Of a DNA stretch of 64,000 nucleotides, positions 39,863 to 52,139 are shown piece by piece. A program made the position numbers and the translations under genes. Location of the stretch: contig CDLV01000007.1 of the NCBI GenBank assembly GCA_001244265.2, positions 744,001-808,000 of the forward strand, read 5' to 3'. The notes below the pieces were generated by a model. That model made no database searches and was not told the origin of the DNA. It saw only the letters and a list, made by a program, of their open reading frames with translations. Each line of letters begins with the position of its first letter. The first letter of the stretch is position 1. The DNA is from Microbotryum violaceum (taxonomy: Eukaryota).

Positions 39863-39976
39863 CCGAAGGCCTAGAGGCGCCGCTCGATTATTCCAAACCG
39901 CGTCGATCGCGACCGTTGTCGACTCTCGAGCTCGGCATTGCTTCGGGGCTCAGGAAACAGTCCATCGTCGTGCTCG

Positions 39977-41333
39977 ATGATCGCCGAGCGAATGCACGGA
40001 GACTCTCAAACGGATCAAGATACATTTACGCCCGTGACGTACAAGAAGAAGGCTCGCAACGCAACTCCGAATGGCGGCGGACTTCCGCTTCCCGGGCAGA
40101 GGAACTCGACTCCGCGTACGGCCAGTTCATCGTCGACCCGGGGCAAGGGCAAGGGCAAGTCCGTCATCGTACGGGAACGGACCTTGGCCGAACGAATCGA
40201 GGGGAGGAGAACGACTTTTGTGACGTCAAAGTATCTCGAACAATGCAAGAGTGAGTTATAGCGACCTTTGACGAAGTAACACCTCGGTACTCACGTACAC
40301 CTCCTTCCCAGGTCTCCTCCGCAATGCCCTCGACCACGACCGACCCATCGCATCGACATCGCAATCTACAGCCTGCCCAACACCGACTTGCGCAGTATGC
40401 CTAGGACTGGGGACCTTGACCGACTCACCCAAATCTCAAGAACAGTACTTGCTGCTCGAGGCACTCCAGGATGAGCTGGGCACCCTCGTACGTCCGGTCG
40501 AGCGGCCTGATGCGAGCTGCGAAGACGTTACTGTCGCCGCGTAGCTGACACCTGAGCTCATCGCTGACAGTTGACGAAGCCGACCGAGGTTTACGATCCC
40601 GTGTTCGACCCCCAAGACATCGAGTACTTGGTAGCACGAGGACTACTCCCCCTGCAGACCGAGGTCCGTACTTTCGGCACTTGCTCGTTCCCACCCCCAC
40701 TATCGCCGCCTCTGACCGCTTCGAACATGCTTCTTCTCTCTCGCATAGCATGACCTCATATTCGACACTCCGACACTCCTGTACATGCCTCATTGCCCTA
40801 GATCCCTTTTTGATCTCGTGCTGGAGCGGTCATGGTCTCGAAAGGGGTTGAAGAACCTCATCATACTCGGCAATCGACTCGAAATGTACGATGACCCGTA
40901 CGTGATGGACCGTGGGGATAGTCTAAGATCCCGGAAGGTGAGACTGAAAGGTACTCATCTCTCTAGACGTCATGCCTCAGCTACTTCAAGTGCGAAATCA
41001 CCCTTTATCGCTCGAGCAGGTCAGCCTTTCTTTGGAGTTTCTTTTATACCTGCATGCCTCGGGAACGATCTAACTCGCTGTCTTCCCCTTCACACAGCTC
41101 CCCTCTTTACCGCCATACCACTCCCACCAACAAAAGACCACTTCCAAGCGTTCAACGATCTCGCGTTACAGTGGATCCCCCTCGAGAGGCTGGATCAAAT
41201 ACCCGACAACTTTTTCGACAAGGCGCTTCCGCCGTCGATACACAACGATCGCCTCGAGAACGGCCACGAAAAAGCTGTGCATTCTTTAAAAGGTGATCAT
41301 CTCTCTGAGGCACTGGAGCGGGTGATACTCTAA
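39977..41333 (+). CDS. SRR1/Ber1 domain protein
   Basis: VCLGLGTL...QYLLL, VYDPVFDPQD, TLLYMPHCP..L, IILGN, AFNDLALQW. Confidence 0.82.
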
Positions 41334-41437
41334 TAGCGTGGAACGTCATCAACGATCGTAATTTTATTTTTCAACTTGCAAAGCGAATGTAACCGGTCCA
41401 AATCAACTACAGTACTTCGTGGATCCAAACAGAGAAA

Positions 41438-42992
41438 TCACGACGAGAAAGAATCCCCGAATCCATCCAACTCGTCCAGAAAAATTCGCACGCCGTCCTC
41501 GTAATCGGACACACCCGACGATTCTTCCTCCCATGCCGCGCTCGTCCCATCGTCGTCGACTTGGAAGTCAAAAAGGACCTCAGCATCGGAAGATCCCTCA
41601 TGCCACGCATCGATCGAAGCAGCTGACGTCGAGTAAACCGAGTTCGCCTCCTCCCTCGAGTACGAATACATCGACTCGTCTTCACCCCGATCCTCGAGGA
41701 ACATCGACGGCAAGGGCATCAACAGCGGCTCATCTTGCTCACTCGAACGAACGGACTCTTCCTCCTCCCCACCAATGATCCTCCACCATTCGCCCTCTCG
41801 ATTCCACTCCCCGATAGCGGCCCTGACGTCCTTTCTCGTCCATTGGCGCGCATCGAACGTGACGTGCACTTCCTTGTGCTCCTTTCCTGTGATAGGATCC
41901 ATCCACGCGACAGCTTCGGTCTTGACGTGTTGAACGTCATCAAACACCCCAGCGTGCGAAAGACGATCATGCAGCGCTTTGATCCTTTGGGCGTGCAGAG
42001 CGTAGGCTTGTTCGATCGAGGTGAAGGTTTGGACGATCGAAGGGCTGTGGTTGGTCTCGTTGGTCGAAGAAGAGACGGGGAAGGCGAAGGTAGGGTCGAC
42101 GGAAAGGATGAGGATGATGGGGTCAAAGTCGAGGTCGACCGAACGGTCAACCAAAGCATCGGTGGCGTCCTTCTCTTCGACAACTTGAGCCTCGCAGGGA
42201 AGCGCAGTGAAGTACTTGTCCATCTCGACCTTCTTGCTCATGAACCCGGCAGCTTGCAATCGATCGTTTGTCTGCGTGTTCCTGTTCAGCTCAGCCTTTT
42301 GGAGAGTACGGCGAGTCTTGATCCACTTCCTCTCGTCCAAACCATCGAGACTTCGATCGCCAGCAGCCCTCAAGAAAAGAGGAACATTGTGGATGACGTT
42401 GGCGAACAAGGGCTGACTCGAAGAGAATTGCCTTGCACTTCCTAAGCCTTTCGAGCCGACAAAATTGGATTTGACGAGCGAAGGGCGTAGGCGGAGGCCA
42501 TTCTTGAGGGGTCGTCTTGAAGCATGGTTGAGATTGGCGAAACCATGAAAATGGCCCGACTTCGTAGTGACGTGATCGATCCTACTCGTCACATAAGGTC
42601 CATGCGGATGGTTGTACCTTAATTTGATCGAATGAAACGTGCCTTGGTAGATGGAGCGGGTGAACGACTTGAGCCCTCGGGCGAGCTGGGAACTCAAGCT
42701 CGGTCGTGAAGGGATAGGAGCTCTGCCGTTTGCCGAGGTGGTGTGGAGGTGATGCTCAAATATGTGGTGGGCTTTGGTTGATCTCGAAGGGACATTGGCC
42801 CCTCCTCGACGTGGAGCCGAGGCGAGACGGCCCCAGACCTGTAGGACACGAGAAAATCGGAGCGGTTTGTGAGCACGTGAGTTGCCTCTGAAGCGAACAG
42901 CATAGGATGGGCGGTGACGCCGGTGGCAAGGACCGTTTGCGAAATGGACTCACTTCCCACGCAGAGGTGGCAAGACCAGTGGGCGGTCTCAT
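41438..42992 (-). CDS. Hypothetical protein, possibly mitochondrial (2 exons)
   Basis: Exon 1 MRPPTGLATSAWE spliced (GTGAGT..CTACAG) in frame to the 419-aa ORF; GLGSARQFSS..PLFANVIHNVP motif and acidic tail. Confidence 0.65.
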
Positions 42993-43585
42993 CTTATAGT
43001 AGTGAAGTTTCTTGAGCGGATGTTTGAAAAAAAAAGAGTGGTAGGTGGGGAAGCAAGCGAAGACGAACTCGGATTGGATCGGAACGAATCGCTCGACTTT
43101 AGAGGCGATTAGCTGCCGAAGGACGACGTAAGCTCCGGCCGATCCGGCCGGCGGAATGCGACACGTCGCGGCGCGAGGCCGGCCTGAGCTGGCCTGAGCG
43201 CACGTCCCGAGTAGCGCGTGAAGCCGGCAAGGTGGTTTGGTGTGTAAATGCGCGGAGTTTAAAGCTGCTTGCAATAATGACAAGGTGTAAGGGAAAAGAG
43301 AAGAGCGGAAATGAAGGAAACAATGAAAATAATGCCATTCGAACACAGATACGTGAAAAAACACAGGATGCACATCGAAATTGGGGGAAGGGGTTCGCCG
43401 GCACGGGGACGAACGAGCGAACGAACAAAACGAAAAAGCCCGATAAATTGAAGAGACCAGAGAAGCACTTCAACGTTCCCCGGGGATATCACAGCAGTTC
43501 ATGGTAAGGGATCCGCACGCGAGGCGGAGGAGGAGCTGACGGTATGGAAGATTTGGGAATGGGAACACGGGGCGGAGGCGACAGA

Positions 43586-45646
43586 TCACCTCTTCTCGAC
43601 CTCGACGTTGGCGGCGAACGACGGCGTACTCGAGGCGGCTCGTGGCGTGACACGAGGAGCCATCTCGACGGCCGGCGCTCGCGGCGCGTTATTCTCTTGC
43701 GCCTTGGTATCTACAGGATCCGGCGCAACATGGACAAGGCATCAGGGACGGGGGCACGGCACACCAACGCTGCGACTGATTAGCACTCACAAACGTAGTA
43801 CGTGGACCCAGAAAGGATGAAAATGATGCCGGTGGCTCGACCAGTGCCGACGACATCGTTGAAGAGCCAAATGCCGAGGAAGGTTTGCAACACACCACGC
43901 ACGGCTAACAAGACAGACACGGGACAAGAGATTCAGTGTGGGATCGTCTGGGCTTGGGCTCGGGCATACGCAACTCACCAGCAGAGACCATGTGGGAGAT
44001 GGGCGAGGTGACCTTGATGGAGAGAAAGCCGGCGATGCAGATGAGAAACCCGAACAAGCCCTGCATGTAGGAGTAGTTGATGCGTCAGTGATCTTCCACC
44101 CCGGGTACCTCTACACTGGGCAGCAACTGACCGTGACGGCCGCTCCGGTGATGAATGTTCCGAGACCCGTCGACTGTCCGGTGGCCATGTCGAGCACGAC
44201 CCAAATCTCGCCGGATACGAGCACGAAGGGGAGGATGACGAGCGCCGAGAGCAAATTTGAGTAGTAAGCGAGGTCGAGCGTGTCGGAGACGATCGCGAGC
44301 GATCGCTTGACGACGATGGCATGAACCGAGGTCGTGACGGACGAGAGGACACCGAGAGTAATACCGATCATGGAGGTGTGCATGTTCTCGGCCGAGACAC
44401 CGGCCATAAAGCCGAAGCAGACGAGAGCGACGGCGGCGAGGGTCGGCAACGAAGATTTCGTGCCGAGTAGCCACCACGAGAAGAAGACGGTGAAGGGCAG
44501 GATGAGACCTCGGGCGATTTGCTGATGGGGAAGGGGCAAATTGGATCAGTCTTCGCGCTTACGTACAAGGACGAGTCTACCGTTCCCACTCACGTAGAAC
44601 GAAGCATCAACAAATTCTGTGGTATGAAGGCAGATGTCTCAAGATCAGGAAGTCGGTCCGCTCGAGAGCGTGAGAAGATCCGAGCTCACGAAGGCAGTAT
44701 GTGTTGAAGGCAAGGCCAAGCACGTTGCAGGCGATGAGGGGAATGAGCCCTTTGCAGACGTGCGACTCCATTCTCGGCAACTTCATAGCCCCTGCTCGTT
44801 GAAAGCTCTAGGCCAGATTAGTACATGGCGCGTCGGAGGGTATTCGAATATCGCCTGCGTGCCGATCAACGAACCAAAGAGTGCGCACAGGTGCAAGAGC
44901 AGCACGGCAATCAGGAGCTGGCAGAAGAGGAAGAACAAGGGGACCTGTGCCGGTGGATGGATGCGTGTCAGACCATGTATGCTCGCGTAATAGTATCGTT
45001 TGTCGACATGAGGCAGCTTACCTGGACGGCGTTGAGAACCCACTACGACACGCCAAGTGAACGCGATCAGAGGTCAGTTTCGGCGGGTGGCCCGTTCGGC
45101 AGTGGGCGCCTACTTTTGAGGGCGGACGTACTTTGTTGACCATGATCATCTGTGGCGCGAGAGTGAGAGAGTGGTGATGTCAGTATCATTCTTCTTCAAT
45201 CTGGCCAAGGTGTACATGGGATGCTGCTGCTGCTGCGACTGAAGGATCGATTCTTTGAGCGGGCGGGGGCACGTCCAGCTGGCGTGTACCGTGCCACGCG
45301 CCTGCCTCGAGGCGCCTCTCGGAGACAGGCGACGAAACGGGTCGAGACGCGACCGACGACGGCCGAAACCATGGGGACGCCCCAGCTCGGGCGCGTTTCA
45401 GGATCGCCTTCAGAGCAGCGGCAGCTCCAGCAGTCCGGAATCCTGTCGTCGACCATTCTGACTTACAACAAGGGCAGCGACGAGGTAAAACACGACCACG
45501 CCCATCACCTTGAGCTGCGATGGCGGCGCTTCCTCTTTCTGGGGCACCGCGGCGTCGCTCGGCAGGCGTTGGTGGCCGGGCTTCATCTCGATCACCTCTT
45601 CCTGATTCGGCACACGCGTGTAATCGACTCCTCTTGCGGCGGACAT
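43586..45646 (-). CDS. Nucleotide-sugar/triose-phosphate transporter family (GDP-fucose transporter-like), many exons
   Basis: FYLVAALVMIMVNKWVLN, PLFFLFCQLLIAV, DASFYQIARGLILPFTV, SIKVTSPISHMVS. Confidence 0.85.
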
Positions 45647-46699
45647 GGTATCGAAGAAGCGAAAGGAAAAGTGGAGCTGGGGAGACGGCGGGACGAAAGG
45701 GCGGGTCGGGGGCGATACGCGATGCTTCGAGTCGGAAGGCAGAGGGAGGCAGGGATAAGCACCGCGCGTGCGATGCGAACGAACCCAATGCCAGAGCCAG
45801 AGGCTGTAGCGGGCGAGGCGAGGCGCCGTGAGCGGTGAGCGCGCTCCCACCCTACTGTGTATACTATCTCGACGCGCACTCGACGCGCCCTCACTATTTA
45901 TCGTCCCCGCGTTTGGCGTGTCGAAGCTGCGACGATCTTTGGGTTCCACACGACTCGACCTCGACGTTGTGGTCAATTTTTTCGACGTGCGGCCGGTGTC
46001 ATCGCGAGATAGTCTCTTGTATGTCAACTGAGTGAACAGTGTTCTCCTCGGAAGCTCAATACCTTCTATGTCCCTTCCAGCCGAATGAGTCATACGCGGA
46101 TATTTCAGCAGTTACCCGACACCAAGCGTGACCAAGGCTACTTCTCACCGTTAAACCCCATAGGCAAAGTGATGGGTCAGCCTCCGACAGGGGCGATTCC
46201 AGAGACAGTGGCCACTCATGTATCCGAACCGAACGCGCCAAACCCAAATGGCCCAGAGCCCCTGTCTGGCCTCCTTTGCGCCGACCGTTCGTGGCGCGTT
46301 GCAGAGGCACTGCCGTTGCGTCTCCTCTTGTGAAAGCGTGTTGTACGCCATGACCCAAGAAAAGCGCAGATTGTATAATGTGGACTATTGTTCTGATAGC
46401 ACCCTACGTTCGCGGCGTCTCAAGGTGGCGGACCATTCAGATGTACTGCCATGAAGAAACCGCCCACCCGACGTCCCCAATGTCAATAGGGTCTACTCGA
46501 CCGCGCAACTCATAGGACTGTCCCACCAATCAGATTCAGAGCACACATTAACCTCATGACTGTCCGTGCCATCTGGTCAACCTTGGGCTATGCCCGGCTC
46601 GTTCAACTTCAGAATGCTGTGTTATGGCATTTGAGGACAGATGGCGCGCTGCTCGTAGTCCGCCGCCCTGGTCTGTGCGCGCGCTGTAGTGTCCGGGGC

Positions 46700-46964
46700 G
46701 GCCACGACACATGTAAGGATATATCCTTACACATGAGTTAAGGTCAATACACAACCAAATCTGTTCATCTTGATATTGTAACATCAACATATAACTATTT
46801 CTGAATGGTGTCTGCAAGGACTACATGATAGCATGTGTATTGCAAGACTTGTAGTGATTCAAAATTTCTGTGTCCTTACCGCACCTCCCGTATCCTTACC
46901 GCACCCTCGTATCCTTACATGTGTCGACATGTGTAAGGATACGCCCGCGCGCGCACGTGCCATG
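46700..46964 (+). repeat. Left TIR with internal TCCTTAC/GTAAGGA motif array
   Basis: Reverse complement of 53787-54051; perfect palindrome TGTAAGGATATATCCTTACA at 46712-46731. Confidence 0.95.
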
Positions 46965-48018
46965 TGGAACGACAGGAGGCGCACTCAGGAAGCCTTTGTT
47001 CACATTTGTTCACCTAATTGTCCCCACACCGCCCATCGACTTCAACACCGTGGCACTGTTTGAATTTTGCGAACTAGCCAAATGCGACCTCCAGCTTTGT
47101 GCCAGCAGGCACGGACTCAAATCTTTCATCAATGAGATTGCGGAACCGCCAACTTCCCGACCGTGACGCCGGGCCCTGGGCTCGGACTCGTTCTGGAGCT
47201 GGAGACCGGCCCCAATGGCGGGCTCCCAAGTCGAGATTCAAAGTCCCAAGCATCAAACGCCAATCAACGGTAGGAACCAGTCGTCGAATCAGGAAAGGAA
47301 ACGGCCAGTCGGTCCCCGAGTCGGCAAACTCAGCGCATCCTCAGGACGATTGTGGCGACCTTCAAGCTGAAACATTGACCTGCACGGTGTCCGCACCGCG
47401 GCTATCGAAATCCCCGACTCCAACAAGAAAATTTCCTATCACCGATCGTACAAGCGCCTTGCCTAATCGCATCAAGTCCGCAGAGGACTGCGAGGAGAAC
47501 TGTGACAATTATGTGGACGATAAGCACAACGATCACAAGGACGACCGTGACAATGACTCACCTTGTTCCACTCGGCTCGCCCACGACACTCCCTTCCACC
47601 ACACCATCAAGCAAGAGAAGTCAACAATGCCTCTCCTGTGCTCCCAGAACAGCGATCCCGGTTGGCCGTCGCTGCGCAGTCAAAGCAGTGTTGAGAGTGT
47701 GAATTCCGCTTCTACCCCGCAAGTCGGCTCGCTTTCACCAGCATTAGCTCCGAACCTCTCCCGTCTAAGCGTTTCACAACCCAAGGCTATTCCAAAGGAC
47801 AGCTCCATTCTTCCCAAGCATCAACATACGACTCTTAAGCTTGAAGGTACGCCACATGTGTTGTCTAGATGGTAGGCCATCGGTAACGAGGCGAGGCGCG
47901 CGCCCGGAGGCTCGATTGGTTTTAAGGCAGTGGATTAGACTTAGTGTCTGAGTGGATTATAGTCTTGCGCGTGGGCCTATGCCTTCGCAAAGCAGACTCC
48001 CTTGTTTATCTTTTCTTT

Positions 48019-48177
48019 AATCACTCGTTCCTCGACTATCGGTTCTGACACTGCGCTGCGTATCATCCTACCGCTGCCACCTATATAGGTTAGTTGCAAT
48101 ACTTCAATCACTTGTTCCTCAACTATCGGTTCTGACACTGCGCTGCGTATCATCCTACCGCTGCCACCTCTATAGGT
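48019..48177 (+). repeat. Tandem duplication of about 72 bp (period 87) within the transposon
   Basis: AATCACT(C/T)GTTCCTC(G/A)ACTATCGGTTCTGACACTGCGCTGCGTATCATCCTACCGCTGCCACCT.TATAGGT occurs twice. Confidence 0.9.
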
Positions 48178-48529
48178 GGTGCACTTTTACATCAACATGC
48201 GCTCTCCCAGCCTGCTTAACAAACGGTTTCACTGAAAATTGATATTGTCCGCTTGCCTTTCTTAGTGTTGATGGTCAACTCTGAGGTTTCCTTGAACCTC
48301 TCTTGGTGACTAACGTGCGGATGATATTTACGCTGTTGGTGTCCATCAACTTCACGGAGACAGGACATTGTTTCGTCTATCTACGAGATATTTTGGAAGA
48401 GGTTGCTGAGCTAACTGGCCTGGCTCTCCAAGGTATGCAAGACAAGATTAGATCGGTTCCCAAGCAACGTTGACAGGCCACTCAGCCAGTTACTAACCGT
48501 TTAATTCGGCGACTTATCTGTGCCTTTGT

Positions 48530-51500
48530 ACAGAGGACTCCTGCTTCGACTACTGTGTGGTCGACAACGCGGCTACGTCATCTACTCACTCGACTCCATG
48601 TCTTGCCTCCTGCCGGTACGACCAACTCGCAGCATTTACTGCTGCGACCGACTCTTCGTACAAGGTTCTCGGGTTGCCCGGCTTCGTACTCGACATCGAC
48701 TCATTGCCAGCAGAAGCAACCATTACCTTGAGAGTGCGTATAGCTTCATGAGTTGACGGATTCTACGTCGTTGAGCTTTAGTCGCTGAGCTGACTCTTGA
48801 TTGCAAATGTCACAGGTCTACGAGCACATCAAGGCTCGACTCCCATTCGTAAATATCACTACAAGACCTCAAGGCCGGGAAGATGCCCCTGTTCCAAGTG
48901 GCGCACCTTCTGCTTCCAAGCACGACTTGCTCGTCAGGGAAAAGCGTGAAGCATCTCCAAGCGACAGGATCTCCGGCAATCTACGTCCGAACACCGAACC
49001 ATATTCAACGGATGACAAGCTCGTCAACAGTGAAGATCATGCGAATTTACCAACATATAGTGAAGGAAGGACAACGATGACGGACTTGATGCTCGAAGCA
49101 TACCCACAAGAGATTGTTCTTGATCCTTGGCGGCCCAACGGGACTTGGGGCGACGTCCTCATTGTTCGTATGGATCCAGGCTCGAGCGGTGGCTTGTCAC
49201 ACATGTGGGCTTTCTCGGCGTCATCATCTCGAACCGATTCAAAAGGGCGATGGAAAGGCCCGCGTTTGGATGCAAACGTCGAGTACAGCAAGTACAGCAA
49301 AAAACGTTGCATGGGCGTGTTCGTCTGTTGTGATCAATCATGCCCTGGCAAGCGTCGACCTCACACATCGCTGTCGACAGCGAGTAGGTCGAAGTTGTTT
49401 CAGGAGGAGACTCCACAGCTCGTCACAGGACGCCCCAAGAAGGCTGCAACCCGCAAGCCTCTCGCTCCAAACGTTGAGAGGCCTTCAGACGAGTTACCGC
49501 CGTGTCCAATCACAAGCTGTAACGGACCGATGAGGCACATCCTGTGCTCCGCTACGATTGCCCGAGGGCAGCGTGAGGAATGCCCGGGGGAAATATATAT
49601 CTGGCATTCAGGGTACCATTTGCATCCTGCGCCTCTGGTGTCGCGTCCGTCCCCGCAACATCTGGAAGAGCTGCGACAATTGCGTAAAGCCGCTCCACAA
49701 GCATCGGCCGCCGAGCTGCGCATGGGACAAATGACCGCATTTCCGCAGGACCCTCGTCATCGGCCGTCCGCCTCTGAGATTTGCCCTGTATTCGACAGCA
49801 CTCGATCAATCTCGAGATACGCACCAAGAGTGGGCCACAGTAAGCGTAATGGAGCCCTGCCCGACACGTTGATGTCAGCTATTGAAGCTGTTGCCAATGC
49901 CGGTTGCCTCGCGTACATCGAAATACCGGGACAGCGCCAAGGGCAGCCACTTGCTGAGCAAATACACGATCCTGATCCTCGGAAGCAACCCAGGAACGAT
50001 GGGTCGCGGTCGAAGTCGAAGATCACCTCCAATTCGCTAACCGACTCTGAGACGTCATTTGGCATCCAGACTCCTCAGATGAAAGCGAGGCTCTCGGAAA
50101 CGATTGACGACCGGCTAGTCGAAGGCAATTTGGGATGGCCTACCGACGCTCACAACACCTACTTTCGCGACAACTGGGTGTTGCTCGCCACGGTCTACTA
50201 TTCGCCAAGCGCTCGTCGCTGGTTTCCGATCCTGTACTCCGTCGGCAACCACGAGCGATCAGGCTTCTACCGCCGACATTTTGCGTACCTATTCCAGATT
50301 CTTGACGATGCCAATCATAGCGTGGAGGACATCGTCAACGGAGTCACATTTGTTGTCGATTATTCAAGCGCGCAGATTTCGGGTCTTCGCCAAGCCATTT
50401 CGGATTGGTACGTGGCACGCAAGACCGCAGATGTGGGACGCTTGAACGTCACGCCCAATCAGGTGTCACAGTGGACTGCAGAGGCTATTCAGATTGGCGA
50501 GACAGCGGCAAGCGGGTGCGCCTTTCACTTCATTGAGCAGGTCAGGAGGTTTGGGGTCCGACATCTCAGTACGCAAATGGAGCGCGAACGATTTGCAATG
50601 CTGGTCAACACCATGCGCAACGCAAAGTCCCATGCATCGATTGAGTCCATGGCAAAGCGCACAATCGACGAGTTTCCTGTGTCAGAGAATTGGATCAAAT
50701 GATGGACACGACCGGCGATTCGAAATGTGGTATTCAAGGAACTCAATGGATCCGCAGAAAGATGCGTGGCTACCACAACAAATGCGGTGGAATCTTCCCA
50801 CTGGCTCCTAATCCATTCATGTGGTGGCGAACGCTTTGGACCGGTGGAAGGGGTGATGCGACTTATCGACTTCGCGAAAATGACAGACCGAATTGAAAGT
50901 CATGCGACCGGTAAGGCCCTGGCATAGCGTTACTACCAACCCATTATCCTCATCTAAAACCATTCTCGCCTTTGCTTTGAAAACAAACGGCTATGTCAGG
51001 AGTTCCACTTATCACGAGCAAGGCAACGTCCGCGCTCATATCAAAGAGATCAAGTCACGCAATCGGGTACCTTCATCCTACGTCAGTGACGCCAACATGC
51101 CTGAGCCTTCGATCTCGTTCGCTGCACCTGCTCGTCTAGCTGGCATCGGGTTTTCTGAGTCACCACAAGGACCTTCAGACTTGTAAAAGGGTCCTGAAAC
51201 ACCACCACTGAGCAAATCAACCAAATTACCTCCTTCCACGTCAAATCGTTCCCGGCAGCAACCAAAGAACCGGTCAAGGCAGGGCAATGGGCCCACTGCG
51301 CAGTCGATGGCCTCCAAAAAGGGCTCAAGACGTGTTGATTACCCCCACAAGCGCAAGATTCCTGACCCGCCGTCTGACGAGCATAGTTCGAACGAATCAT
51401 CAGACGACGTTGGATTGACGCCCTCAATTCATTGCAATTCATCCGAGGCCATTCCCCCGACGGATCGCTCCATCAAGCTCCATCAAACGTCCAATTCCAA

Positions 51501-51639
51501 ATCGAAAGGTAGTCCTCCCCGCTCAGATTTCAGCGGCCCATCGCGACGAGTCCCCGTTGTCCCTATGGCTGTGAGGGCGCTCAATGAAGAAACGGAGTTG
51601 TCCCAAATACGTACGCCTCCGCCCCAGACTGTTGACTGA
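48530..51639 (+). pseudogene. MULE-type DDE transposase with GCM-like zinc DNA-binding domain; in-frame stops
   Basis: KKRCMGVFVC..C..RRP...CP...CNG...C...HSGYHLHPAP (49299-49634); D 50145 (PTDAH), D 50358 (VVDYS), CAFH 50517, E 50790 (TTNAVES); TGA at 50700 and TAA at 51184 with the frame continuing after each. Confidence 0.85.
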
Positions 51640-52139
51640 GTGCAGAGGCGCTGAGGCCTGGCTGACGGAAATCCTGCTCTGATTTATCCTCCGTCTCACA
51701 GTTCTTGCGCAGCACAATGCACGAAATTTGGAAGCCCCCAGTGGTCGGAAATACCGGATACCTCGAAAACGATTGGCCTTCCTCTTGTCGGTCCTCTTGT
51801 CGGTCCTCTTGTCGGAACCTGAATCACAATCGGAGGCAAAGAGGACATGTACGTCCGTATTCAACATTCCCCTGTCCCTGGTTGCATCCAAGTCGGAGTT
51901 GGCGCCATCGAAATCTGCAAGAAAGGTAGAAATGGCCACGCCAAAACCTGCTTCGACGTCGACGTCACTCGAGCGCACCAGTGACAAGCTCCCAGGGGAC
52001 TCTAGATCTGCACCAAGGGTAAAATTCGCTCCGCCCAAGACATCGACGTCGACATCGCTCGGTAGCACGATTGTGCAGCTCCACGCAGACTTCTGGCTTC
52101 GATCAGGTGAAGACGGGCCAGTCGTCATTATCCAAGGCC

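Noticed and set aside
50700-50702. TGA as Trp or selenocysteine recoding
   Set aside because: Host genes here use TGA as a normal stop (RAD17, TAP42, COA3), and the element has another in-frame stop; decay is the simpler explanation
51781-51815. 3 x 12-bp repeat CCTCTTGTCGGT
   Set aside because: Simple slippage repeat inside the transposon linker
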